From the IMG/VR virus record IMGVR_UViG_3300020375_000001, positions 96,001 to 160,000 of that record: a DNA stretch of 64,000 nt; one strand, 5' to 3'. The notes under the pieces are model-generated. The model was not told the origin of the DNA and did not search any database. It worked only from the letters and a program-made list of their open reading frames with translations. Positions 9,634 to 18,484 of the stretch are shown piece by piece; the first letter of the stretch is position 1; every line of letters starts with the position of its first letter. A program made the translations under genes and the position numbers. This DNA comes from a virus. Lineage: Duplodnaviria; Caudoviricetes.

Positions 9634-10380
9634 TTATGACGCGGACTTACAACCTATTCGGTCTGCTATCAGAGCAGACTCCTTTATGGTTGGCAGTTGA
9701 TAAGGCAAAACCTTTTGTAATTCCACAATAGCAATTTGAGTTGCGCAGTACATAGTACCTAACTCAATGGACTGTTCCATCAGAAACGCCACGCCACCCG
9801 AATCATCGTACACCAACTTATAGTATCCGGATGGCACGACATGATATTCATCTGCGCTGGGCAGCTTGGGCATCTCCTTACCGTAAACCGGACCTGCGAT
9901 GACATAGAATTCATGTTCGTATTGGGCTGCATACTTAACGGCGTCTTCCAATTCCCGCCACACACCTCGATTGAGGGTTTGGTTTTGTGGAACGACATTA
10001 CTCATGTAATCCAACTCATGCCGGTAGTGCGAACCATAGTGGGCTGCCGACGGCGCAAGGTGTCCCCTGTCCGCTTCCAACTCACTGGCGTTTGCACTTT
10101 TATAGTCAGATACCTCTAAGGTTTCATCACTTGGTAGGTCAGGGTCACTACGGAAAGCTCTTCCCGTTGGTGCACCATAGTTAACCGGATTAACCTCATA
10201 GGCTACCCAATTGGCAAATTTAGTTGTGGGATTGTTAGAGAGCGCGTAGACATGACGATAGATTACCGTTGAGCCTTCCGGGTTCTCAGGACATCCTTGA
10301 GGACAGTGCACTGAAATAGTCGAGGCCATTGCTGGCAAAGACATAACCAGAAACACCATTGCTGAAATAATACATTTCAC
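9634..10380 (-). CDS. secreted DNA/RNA non-specific endonuclease (NucA/EndoG family)
   Basis: DRGHLAP active-site motif, NVVPQNQTLNRGVWRELE, N-terminal signal peptide ending in AMA|S. Confidence 0.92.
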   Translation of the reverse strand: MKCIISAMVFLVMSLPAMASTISVHCPQGCPENPEGSTVIYRHVYALSNNPTTKFANWVAYEVNPVNYGAPTGRAFRSDPDLPSDETLEVSDYKSANASELEADRGHLAPSAAHYGSHYRHELDYMSNVVPQNQTLNRGVWRELEDAVKYAAQYEHEFYVIAGPVYGKEMPKLPSADEYHVVPSGYYKLVYDDSGGVAFLMEQSIELGTMYCATQIAIVELQKVLPYQLPTIKESALIADRIGCKSAS

Positions 10381-10420
10381 GATAATGCTCCTTAACTAAA
10401 TGAACGAAGTTGTTCATATA

Positions 10421-10780
10421 TTAGGCTGTATGTATCTTAGCTAAAGCAGCAGTTATTGGCCTACTGCTCTCAGGAGCTATATGGACAATAGAAAATTTAT
10501 GGGGATTCATCCTCACCCATAAGTTGTACAGGATGTCGTAGAAGTAATAATGGTGGTCACCTCTACGTTTTGCAATGTACGTTGGAGTTGGTTTACGGAA
10601 TACATACCTCAACCATTCCAAACAATCCGTTGTGGGTACTGGGAAAGCTTCGTTCTCGCCATACACAGGGATATGTACTAATGATGCAACTCCGCTGATT
10701 TCGTTTATGACGTAAACTGATTCTACTTCCGTGCTTCTTTGTTTCATGACGCACCCCCAAAAAAAAATAAGTCGATTCAT
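10421..10780 (-). CDS. hypothetical protein
   Basis: 119 aa ORF; the real start is probably the second Met. Confidence 0.5.
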   Translation of the reverse strand: MNRLIFFWGCVMKQRSTEVESVYVINEISGVASLVHIPVYGENEAFPVPTTDCLEWLRYVFRKPTPTYIAKRRGDHHYYFYDILYNLWVRMNPHKFSIVHIAPESSRPITAALAKIHTA

Positions 10781-10821
10781 AAAAAATAAAGGGAGCCGAA
10801 GCTCCCTTGTATTTATGTCAC

Positions 10822-12336
10822 TTATTCACCACAGGTAGACAGACTGCTTGTACCGCCAGTCCAAGTACCACACTGCTTAGTCCAAGTACCATCTGGATTG
10901 TAAGTAGTTACTTCATACACGTCTTGGTCGTTGTGCATGTGAACTTCTTGCGTCGCATTCCAGAACTCTTCAGAAGAGTAACGGTTATCAATGCGATACC
11001 AGCTGTCGGCGTCGTAGCCATAGTCATCTTCAAAGCTCAGAGAGATGTGAGACAGGGCGCTAGATAACCAGCCACCGCTTAAGTCTTGCGCATCTGCACC
11101 AATCATTGATTCAAACTTGTATACGTTCTCAGCGCCGTACGAGTGACCTGATTCAGTTTTAACAGTTTCGTTATCACTGTAGTAAGTTTTAGTCATCAGC
11201 ATTTGTGAAACATTCAGAGCCACGCGGTCCATAGTCAGACAGTTGCTCCATCCCACATTTTCCGCAGACGCAATATTCACCAGCGCATAACCAACACCGT
11301 CACCTTTCTCAGTGAAGTATTCAGAGATAGTACATTGACCATCTTCTAAGTTAGCGGCAACTTCTACTTCCAGACCACTGGCGTTAGTAGTACGTTGCTG
11401 ACGGCGATAAAGCTCCTTACCCTTTTTGTTCAGGCCTTGCTCCATGTTGTTACCGATTTCATCCCAGTTACCCGCACTCTGTTGAACGAATTCACGACGT
11501 GACCAGTTCTGACCACGAGTCGCTGACTCATCCTTAAAGTAGTATTCTACGAACGCTACACGAGAGTTAGGGTTTGCTTTTTCCAGCGCTACTGAATCGG
11601 CATAACCTTTAGTCAGGCCAGGTACCAAGCTTTTCGCCAAACCGTGCAGAGCGTTGTCCCCGCCTTTGACATAGTCAGAGTACAGGTCTTTCACTTTACG
11701 GTTGTAACGTTTAGCCACACGCTTTTCCTGCGCTTCCAGACGAGCGATTACACCCTTACGGATGGTTTCACTTTCGATAACAGATTCACAGGTAAGTTCT
11801 TCGCCGTCTTTGGCAAGTTCACGTTCAATGTGTTTCCACACAACTGAAGTCAGAGGCGTAACGTTACGCATGTCTTGTTGAGAAGTGATTGCAAACGAAG
11901 GTGGTACTGTCATGTAGTACTCTTCAGTGATTGGATTCTCAGGGTCATCCAAATCAACTGCACCTACTGGTACATGGGTTACCAGAGGAACGTACTGACC
12001 GCAGTCTTCGTGAACGTCTGGGATTTCAATTACGAAACCAGGGTTATCCGCAGTGGGCTCTGTAGTCACGGTACTTGGTTCGCCTTCATCGTATTTACCG
12101 TTGAAGTTCAAGTCCATGAAGATAGTGGCACCGACGATATAACCGTCGATTACGTTACCAGAGATTGTTACTGGCTCCTTGTCAGGAGTAGAAGTCGCCG
12201 GTGGTGGAGTTACCGCTGTTGGGGTTTCTGCCTTAGTGTCAGAACCACCGCCACCACAAGCTGTTAAAGTAAGTGCAACTGCGGCAGTCAGGATTGATTT
12301 ATTAAATAATGATTTCATGTTTTCTTTTCCTTTCAT
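10822..12336 (-). CDS. Vibrio-type outer-membrane lipoprotein
   Basis: Lipobox LTAC followed by a GGGGS linker and a Thr/Pro stretch, then SGNVIDGYIVGATIFMDLNFNGKYDEGEP; likely start at 12318. Confidence 0.8.
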   Translation of the reverse strand: MKGKENMKSLFNKSILTAAVALTLTACGGGGSDTKAETPTAVTPPPATSTPDKEPVTISGNVIDGYIVGATIFMDLNFNGKYDEGEPSTVTTEPTADNPGFVIEIPDVHEDCGQYVPLVTHVPVGAVDLDDPENPITEEYYMTVPPSFAITSQQDMRNVTPLTSVVWKHIERELAKDGEELTCESVIESETIRKGVIARLEAQEKRVAKRYNRKVKDLYSDYVKGGDNALHGLAKSLVPGLTKGYADSVALEKANPNSRVAFVEYYFKDESATRGQNWSRREFVQQSAGNWDEIGNNMEQGLNKKGKELYRRQQRTTNASGLEVEVAANLEDGQCTISEYFTEKGDGVGYALVNIASAENVGWSNCLTMDRVALNVSQMLMTKTYYSDNETVKTESGHSYGAENVYKFESMIGADAQDLSGGWLSSALSHISLSFEDDYGYDADSWYRIDNRYSSEEFWNATQEVHMHNDQDVYEVTTYNPDGTWTKQCGTWTGGTSSLSTCGE

Positions 12337-12378
12337 GTAAAGAAATTGTTTATGGTTATAGTTAATTAAGTAACTACT

Positions 12379-12396
12379 TCACCTGTAGAATATAGG
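12379..12396 (-). promoter_or_regulatory. candidate phage early promoter motif C(A/C)TATAT(T/C)(A/C)T-N4-GTG
   Basis: CCTATATTCTACAGGTGA; same spacing at 37253, 46740 and 49726. Confidence 0.55.
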
Positions 12397-12468
12397 TCTG
12401 ATGATATTTGGAATCGACTCTAGACGGCATAGAAGAGAGCCTGGCGGACTCTCAACTATACGAAGCTT

Positions 12469-12627
12469 TTACTTCCGATGCTGTCTGCGTTGGGTACGAT
12501 TCATGTGCCCACCACGCTCACCGCCAGAACTACTTACTGATTGACGCTTAGCCTTACGGCGACGTACCACATAAACAATCCCGCCGACAACAGCGGCAAC
12601 GATAATGAAAGGAATGTACTGTTCCAT
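12469..12627 (-). CDS. 52 aa single-TM membrane protein (not in ORF track)
   Basis: GGAG SD; MEQYIPFIIVAAVVGGIVYVVRRRKAKRQ...RQHRK*. Confidence 0.7.
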   Translation of the reverse strand: MEQYIPFIIVAAVVGGIVYVVRRRKAKRQSVSSSGGERGGHMNRTQRRQHRK

Positions 12628-12687
12628 GACTTTCTACTCCAAAGTGATTTATCGTGCAAGAGGATTCAACCCTCTCATACTATCACC

Positions 12688-13137
12688 CTAGACGAACAGG
12701 TTTTTATATCCATCAAATCGCATTGAGGTAAAATCCCTACCCACAATGTAATGGTCAGTTAAAAAGATATCTAGCGGGTGAAGTACCTGCCTAATCTTTT
12801 TAGTTAACTCAATATCAAAGCGAGAAGGCATCGAGTCCTTAAAAGGATGGGAGTGCACCAAGGCCAAATTAATAGCTTTATGCTTTAGCGCAGACTCCAC
12901 GATGGGTCGACAATATGCGGTTACCTTATCCACAGTACCAAAGAACAATTCTTCATAGGCAATGACATGGTGGTTATGTCCCATGAGAATGACACCAAAG
13001 ACCTCGCGGTCATGTTGATGCATCTTGCACTCTAGGTACTTGCGAATATGCTCAGGTCCACTAAGACGCTGTCCTTGGATATTTCTATCAAAGACTATCT
13101 TAGCTGCACGTTCAAGTATCTCGTCATCCGTAAGCAT
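12688..13137 (-). CDS. radC: RadC-family JAB domain protein
   Basis: REVF ... HSHP ... PSRFDIELT metal-binding pattern. Confidence 0.9.
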   Translation of the reverse strand: MLTDDEILERAAKIVFDRNIQGQRLSGPEHIRKYLECKMHQHDREVFGVILMGHNHHVIAYEELFFGTVDKVTAYCRPIVESALKHKAINLALVHSHPFKDSMPSRFDIELTKKIRQVLHPLDIFLTDHYIVGRDFTSMRFDGYKNLFV

Positions 13138-13139
13138 GG

Positions 13140-13337
13140 TTACTTCTTCTTACGGCTTGCTTTACGTGCTTTCTTCTGTACCGACCGTTTCTTTTTGGTA
13201 GCACTGCTTGCACCGGGTTTAACATACGCCTGACGCTGACTGGTGCCATATAAAGGTGAATGACTTAACCCAGCTGCAATTGCAGCCATCATAGCAGCTT
13301 GATGTGACATGTTGTGTACCCTACCTTTTGTCATCAT
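13140..13337 (-). CDS. small basic protein (start probably at MSHQ)
   Basis: K/R-rich C-terminus. Confidence 0.55.
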   Translation of the reverse strand: MMTKGRVHNMSHQAAMMAAIAAGLSHSPLYGTSQRQAYVKPGASSATKKKRSVQKKARKASRKKK

Positions 13338-13488
13338 GGCGATAGTCCAAATCTAACGGAATGGTCTCGCCACTGGTTTTAATAATAGGTGGAAGGTCCA
13401 CCGGTTTCTTTTTCTTTTTAACTTCCCCATGTTCGGGGTGATGGTACGGGGAACTATGTCCCCGCCCATACAAGTTGTTTATTGACAT
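13321..13488 (-). CDS. 55 aa hypothetical protein (not in ORF track)
   Basis: MSINNLYGRGHSSPYHHPEHGEVKKKKKPVDLPP...HDDKR*; fills the gap directly after the upstream stop. Confidence 0.5.
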   Translation of the reverse strand: MSINNLYGRGHSSPYHHPEHGEVKKKKKPVDLPPIIKTSGETIPLDLDYRHDDKR

Positions 13489-13489
13489 A

Positions 13490-14695
13490 TTACTTTTCCA
13501 AGTCCCGTAGCCATCCAGTGAAGAAATCGCTCAAGGGTTTCTCCGGTGTTTCGGTAAACTTAAACGTTAGTTCCTTCTTATCCATCAGGTCAGCAACTAC
13601 AACATCTTGCTGGTCATGGACACTGGCTAACATGCCACCTATGGCAAATTGTCCAAGGACCGTTTCGCTGGGATAATCTACAAGAGTGGTTACCACTGGT
13701 ATATCACCTGGGATGTCGACCAATGATGTATCGGTGAATGGAAAGTGGTCCATATGAAACATGGGTGTGGTGTGACCACGTCCAATGTCGGGGTTTAAAG
13801 GTTGAGGAGTCTCAGTTGTAAAACAACCGTCGCGATTAATAACCTGATTACCGTACACCCCGTGAAGTTGAAGCTTTTTAGGCTTTAACTTTTTGGTTTC
13901 AGGGTCAAACTCAACCGGTTCAACGTGTTTCCAATCGGTAGGGGTATTACGTCCTTCCATACCAAACATCTCAGCGTTACGTTCAGCACGATAAGCATTG
14001 GATTCTTCTTCAGTATCGCTAAAGCAACGCCAAGAGTTACCCAAGTCTTCAAATGTACAAAGCTTAACGGCAAGGACATCATACTCGCTAATTTGCACAC
14101 CTTCTTCGGAATGGAATGCATCGGCATTGGGATAACAGCACTTGTGAATAGTCCCATCCTTCAACATGACATCATACGTGTCTTTAAATCGCCATGAATT
14201 GTAGGCAACCCAAACACCAAAATCATCAGGACGGTGTGTCCAGTGAGTGTAATCTTCTTTACCTTCAGGTGACCACTCTATTCCCAGCTGGGTTATGTCG
14301 CCAGACTCTATAGGAGGCTTAGGACGCTCGTAAGAGATGTTAGGGTCGGTCATTACACCCGTTTCAATCTTAAGCTTGTCAGACGCCTCTCTGTCCGCCT
14401 GAGACTGTGCTTCATTTTTCCACAGTTTGATTTCACTGATACGGTTAGCCAGTTTAGCGTAGTCGCCAACTCCCAACATGTCATCGGTGGCAATATCAAC
14501 CGCCTTATGGGACTGTAGTCGTTTACGGCTAGACCATGGGCCATAGTGTAGACAACCACCACAAAACCAATGGTTCTTTGGTAACATCATGTAATCGGTT
14601 TTACCCTGAAGACTCATGCCTTTTCGAGTATTGAAGATAGCAGGGTTGTCACAAGCCGGACAAAGACTAATTATTTTTCCACCTTTACTAAGCAT
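13490..14695 (-). CDS. hypothetical protein with N-terminal zinc ribbon
   Basis: CPAC ... CGGC. Confidence 0.65.
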   Translation of the reverse strand: MLSKGGKIISLCPACDNPAIFNTRKGMSLQGKTDYMMLPKNHWFCGGCLHYGPWSSRKRLQSHKAVDIATDDMLGVGDYAKLANRISEIKLWKNEAQSQADREASDKLKIETGVMTDPNISYERPKPPIESGDITQLGIEWSPEGKEDYTHWTHRPDDFGVWVAYNSWRFKDTYDVMLKDGTIHKCCYPNADAFHSEEGVQISEYDVLAVKLCTFEDLGNSWRCFSDTEEESNAYRAERNAEMFGMEGRNTPTDWKHVEPVEFDPETKKLKPKKLQLHGVYGNQVINRDGCFTTETPQPLNPDIGRGHTTPMFHMDHFPFTDTSLVDIPGDIPVVTTLVDYPSETVLGQFAIGGMLASVHDQQDVVVADLMDKKELTFKFTETPEKPLSDFFTGWLRDLEK

Positions 14696-15230
14696 ACGTT
14701 ACTCCTTTTAAGTCAATCAACTGAACCTTGTGGTCAGCAAAACACGTTGCATAACTCCACTCGTCTATATCTAACGATGTGGCCAGTACGAATTGGGGGA
14801 TACCCTCCAAACCACCGTTACGACTAATCCACTCCAAATATTGGTAGATGTCTTCGCGATAAAAGTAGTCGTCTACGATGACGATATCGTAGTCTTTGAA
14901 GTTTTCCGGTAACTCCCCAGCAGCGAACCCTATAGGGTTTTTAAAGGAACCCCAGCTCACAACCTTACCCTTTTCTATTTCTTTTGTTGCGGCTTCGTTG
15001 TTGCCAAGGTACAACACTTTCTTACCCATATGTTTGGCCATAAAAGTTGCACCCAACATTACAGCAGTGGTAGTACCTTCCTGTCTACCCATAACTACAG
15101 CGAGGTGTTTACCCCGTGTCATCATCTTAGCGATGGTAACTTGCTCAGGTTTAGGGAACTGCTCCATTATAAGGTGGGAGTATTTAATGGGGTGTGCACC
15201 TAAAACCTCATCGATACTTTTAAAAGACAT
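14688..15230 (-). CDS. small terminase/helicase-like P-loop domain with degenerate Walker A
   Basis: LAVVMGRQEGTTT (cf. RQxGKS/T) and DIVIVDD Walker B-like. Confidence 0.45.
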   Translation of the reverse strand: MSFKSIDEVLGAHPIKYSHLIMEQFPKPEQVTIAKMMTRGKHLAVVMGRQEGTTTAVMLGATFMAKHMGKKVLYLGNNEAATKEIEKGKVVSWGSFKNPIGFAAGELPENFKDYDIVIVDDYFYREDIYQYLEWISRNGGLEGIPQFVLATSLDIDEWSYATCFADHKVQLIDLKGVTYA

Positions 15231-15242
15231 CTTCGTTTCCTT

Positions 15243-15797
15243 CTACCACACGTTACCTGCTGCATATACTGCCTTGGTGACAATACTAGTCGGGTCGCAG
15301 TAATCGGTATCGTGGTTTATAATTTTAACGTAAGGGTTTAGTGCTTGTTGGTACTCCCCAGCAAATACTATTTCCCTGCTACGTATCGAGTAGTGAATTT
15401 CACGCAAAGCGTAATACGGCATGGAGGCAAACACTTGGTTATATAAATGTTCAATTCCATACCAAAGTTTGTTTGTACAGTCTTCCGCTCTATCGCCCTG
15501 TAGGAAAGAGATTGCCTTATACTGCACATAACTCCACCCACCAAAATCATTCACCACATTTCCCATGGCGTCGCGAACTGCCAATGCTTTTCGCAGGCAC
15601 ATCTCAACAAGGGTACACATGACTTCATCTTCTAGTCGGTTAACAGTAATGTCGTTTGCATATATACTCGGCAGAAAAGAAAGTGTCGCAACGACAATCG
15701 ATTTGCCGTTGGACATTTTCTCAATCTCTTCCATAGTACCTATTGCTAACGTCATTGAAGGGTCAATAACTTTGACCCGACAGTTCCGTATTCTCAT
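15243..15797 (-). CDS. hypothetical protein
   Basis: 184 aa ORF in a tightly packed operon. Confidence 0.6.
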   Translation of the reverse strand: MRIRNCRVKVIDPSMTLAIGTMEEIEKMSNGKSIVVATLSFLPSIYANDITVNRLEDEVMCTLVEMCLRKALAVRDAMGNVVNDFGGWSYVQYKAISFLQGDRAEDCTNKLWYGIEHLYNQVFASMPYYALREIHYSIRSREIVFAGEYQQALNPYVKIINHDTDYCDPTSIVTKAVYAAGNVW

Positions 15798-15808
15798 AGG
15801 TTTTCCTG

Positions 15809-16534
15809 TTAGGGGTTGTGACGAATGTGGAACTCCGCGTTTTGTACAGCTTTGATGGCCGACTCAACAGATTCGTGCTTTTCCAGTTCGTCACTGGTGG
15901 TTAGGTCGCAGTTATATATCCAACCTTCATCATCCAGTGTCAGGTAGGTATACAACGGACTACTTAATTCGATATCGTCGAGTGATTGTTCGATGAGAAT
16001 CCCAACTTCCTGGGTGTGAGGAACCATCCAAGGGAGAGCGTCTATCGTACGTTTAACGTAGATGTCCCCTTTGTGATTAAACAACAGTTCCTCTATTGAA
16101 AGTTTATGGTCCCACTTAGAAGAAGCTTTGTTAACGACTGGCAGGGTCATATCCAAGAAGTGTTCATACTTGGTTGGCTGACGAAGTGAAGCCTTGAATA
16201 CCTTTTTGAACGTTGGGGCACCTTTGAAGCTACCACCAGCTTGATAACTAATCAGGTTAGATATCTTGAGTTCCGCACCTTCTTTCATAGGTTCCAGAAT
16301 TTCATGGATGTCCAGTTCAACCACCCACATTACACGAGCGTATCCCCGATGCGGACTTGGTAGCAATACGACCTCGTCAATGTAGCCCCATAAAGTTTCT
16401 TCCTCTAAACAAGGATGGTCCACTTTACATTTTTCGCCTTCGGTACGTTTTAATAATTCTGCGAAGGCATTGGTTGTTAGTCTTTCAAAGTGTAAAGACA
16501 CCTGTTCTCCACTAACGTCAATATGGAAAGACAT
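15809..16534 (-). CDS. hypothetical protein
   Basis: 241 aa ORF, GGGAGAG SD. Confidence 0.65.
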   Translation of the reverse strand: MSFHIDVSGEQVSLHFERLTTNAFAELLKRTEGEKCKVDHPCLEEETLWGYIDEVVLLPSPHRGYARVMWVVELDIHEILEPMKEGAELKISNLISYQAGGSFKGAPTFKKVFKASLRQPTKYEHFLDMTLPVVNKASSKWDHKLSIEELLFNHKGDIYVKRTIDALPWMVPHTQEVGILIEQSLDDIELSSPLYTYLTLDDEGWIYNCDLTTSDELEKHESVESAIKAVQNAEFHIRHNP

Positions 16535-16551
16535 ACGTCCACTCTCCCTTT

Positions 16552-17508
16552 TTATTTTTGTACAACACCCACCACGTTGTTATTTTCAACAACAATCAAG
16601 CGGGTAACTTTATTCGATTCCATGATATCCAAGGCATCGCCAAAGCGAGTACCCTTTTCTACTGTTATTGGGTTCTTGGTCATGAAATCAAAAATGTGGT
16701 TACCAATAGGTTCGTTTACGCTGGCTTGCAAACAACGGCGTAAGTCGCCGTCGGTTATAATCCCTTTAAGGTCCTCTGATGTACCCACTAAGGCCAAGCC
16801 AAGTTTACACCTACTCATACTCCAAACGATGTCACCAAAGTCTGTCTCTGTAGTTACAAAAGGTAACTCCTCAGAAACCATGACATCTTCGACTTTATAC
16901 AGTAGCTTCTTCCCTAAAGACCCACCCGGATGAAACCGAGCAAAATCCTCAGGTTGGAAATCCCGTGCCTTTAAAAGGGCAACGGTTAGCGCATCACCTA
17001 AAGCCATAGTGGCGGTGGTAGATGCAGTAGGGGCTAGTTGTAAAGGACAGGCCTCTCTACTAACCCCTGAACGTAAGCTAAAGTTCGCAGCTCTAGCTAA
17101 CGTATTGGTGTGGCTTTGTGTAAACGAGATAATGGTGTTTTTATTACCCTCTAAGAAAGATAGTAACTTTAACACTTCTTCGGTTTCTCCCGAATTACTC
17201 AAGGCCAGAAAGATGTCATCGGGATGGACCATTCCTAAATCACCATGGAATGCTTCACCCGGATGCATAAAGAAGGAAGGGGTGCCGGTAGATGCTAGAC
17301 TAGCTGCAATCTTTTTACCCACAATACCTGATTTACCCATACCGCAGACAATCACACGACCCTTGGTATTAAGGATAGCGTCTACTGCGTCGCTGAAGCA
17401 CTGGGCATCCAACGTAAGATTCTTTGCCAACTCTTGTAGACCATCGACTTCGGTAAGGATTGCTTTAAGTCCATGAACGGTTGACTTTGGAACAGCTGGT
17501 TTTGACAT
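16552..17508 (-). CDS. kdsD: arabinose-5-phosphate isomerase (KdsD/KpsF/GutQ; SIS + 2 CBS)
   Basis: VCGMGKSGIVGKKIAASLASTGTPSFFMHPGEAFHGDLG, SNSGET, LAPTASTT, FARFHPGGSLG, GIITDGDLRR. Confidence 0.96.
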   Translation of the reverse strand: MSKPAVPKSTVHGLKAILTEVDGLQELAKNLTLDAQCFSDAVDAILNTKGRVIVCGMGKSGIVGKKIAASLASTGTPSFFMHPGEAFHGDLGMVHPDDIFLALSNSGETEEVLKLLSFLEGNKNTIISFTQSHTNTLARAANFSLRSGVSREACPLQLAPTASTTATMALGDALTVALLKARDFQPEDFARFHPGGSLGKKLLYKVEDVMVSEELPFVTTETDFGDIVWSMSRCKLGLALVGTSEDLKGIITDGDLRRCLQASVNEPIGNHIFDFMTKNPITVEKGTRFGDALDIMESNKVTRLIVVENNNVVGVVQK

Positions 17509-18287
17509 TAGGATAATTCCGTACGTTTTAAGAGTTCACGATAGTCCTCTTCTGTATCAATCCCCTTACAGGGTTCAGTACAAGCAGTAACTACCTTGAT
17601 TGACATACCGTGTTCCAACGCCCTTAGCTGTTCAAGCTGCTCGACATCTTCCAGTGACGATGTTGGTAATGCCCCATACTTCTTTAAAGCACCCACGGTG
17701 TATCCATAAATACCTACATGTCTGTAATATTTATATTGCTTCAAAGGCGTACGTAGATACGGTACAGCAGCTCTTGAGAATAGCAATGCCTTGTTATCGG
17801 CAGTGGTGATAACTTTAACCACGTTTGGATTGAGGGCTTCCTCGGCAGTCTTGATGGGCGTTTGGAGTGTGGCAATGTCACAATCCGTTTCCATCATTTC
17901 ACTGATTAGCTGTTTAATCAATTCCGGCGGCATCTCAGGTTCATCACCCTGGACGTTAATAACAATGTCGTTGTCGTTTAACTTAAGTATCTTTGCCGCT
18001 TGAATAATCCGGTCGGTTCCGGATTTATGCTTTGCACTAGTGACAACCGTGGGAACACCGTAACGGTACATTGCGTCTGTAATAGCACTGTGGTCAGTAG
18101 CGACATAGACATTACGTCTTGACAGCCCTGCATTACGACACGCACTATATACGTGGGATACCATAGGCTTACCGTTGACTGGTAGTACAGGTTTACCGGG
18201 TAAGCGCTGCGACTGCATTCTTGCTGGGATAATGGCCACCACTCTGGGCGGCTTAATCCCTAATAGTTTTCTAATTAGTTGTTTCAT
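17508..18287 (-). CDS. kdsB: CMP-Kdo synthetase (3-deoxy-manno-octulosonate cytidylyltransferase, KdsB/KpsU)
   Basis: IIPARMQSQRLPGKP, SGTDR, INVQGDEP, RHVGIYGY, EQLEQLRALEHG, GIDTEED; stop overlaps the kdsD start. Confidence 0.96.
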   Translation of the reverse strand: MKQLIRKLLGIKPPRVVAIIPARMQSQRLPGKPVLPVNGKPMVSHVYSACRNAGLSRRNVYVATDHSAITDAMYRYGVPTVVTSAKHKSGTDRIIQAAKILKLNDNDIVINVQGDEPEMPPELIKQLISEMMETDCDIATLQTPIKTAEEALNPNVVKVITTADNKALLFSRAAVPYLRTPLKQYKYYRHVGIYGYTVGALKKYGALPTSSLEDVEQLEQLRALEHGMSIKVVTACTEPCKGIDTEEDYRELLKRTELS

Positions 18288-18484
18288 TTCTCTTTTACCG
18301 TTAAGACGACCTATAGATTAAGGGTACTAAATTATTTTTTGACGGCATAAAAGAGGGCCCCTCAGCAAAAGGGCCCTTTTACTTTAAGGAAGTTTTAGGG
18401 GAGTGGAAGGTCCCCTAAGGTATTTCATGAAACTAGAGACACGGGTCAAGGGCGTCTCTATACTAAGGTACCGTTATGTATTTT

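Noticed and set aside
13388-13403. Third copy of the GTGGAAGGTCC motif as part of an ncRNA family
   Set aside because: It falls inside the 13321-13488 small ORF (codons VDLPP), so it is probably coincidental.
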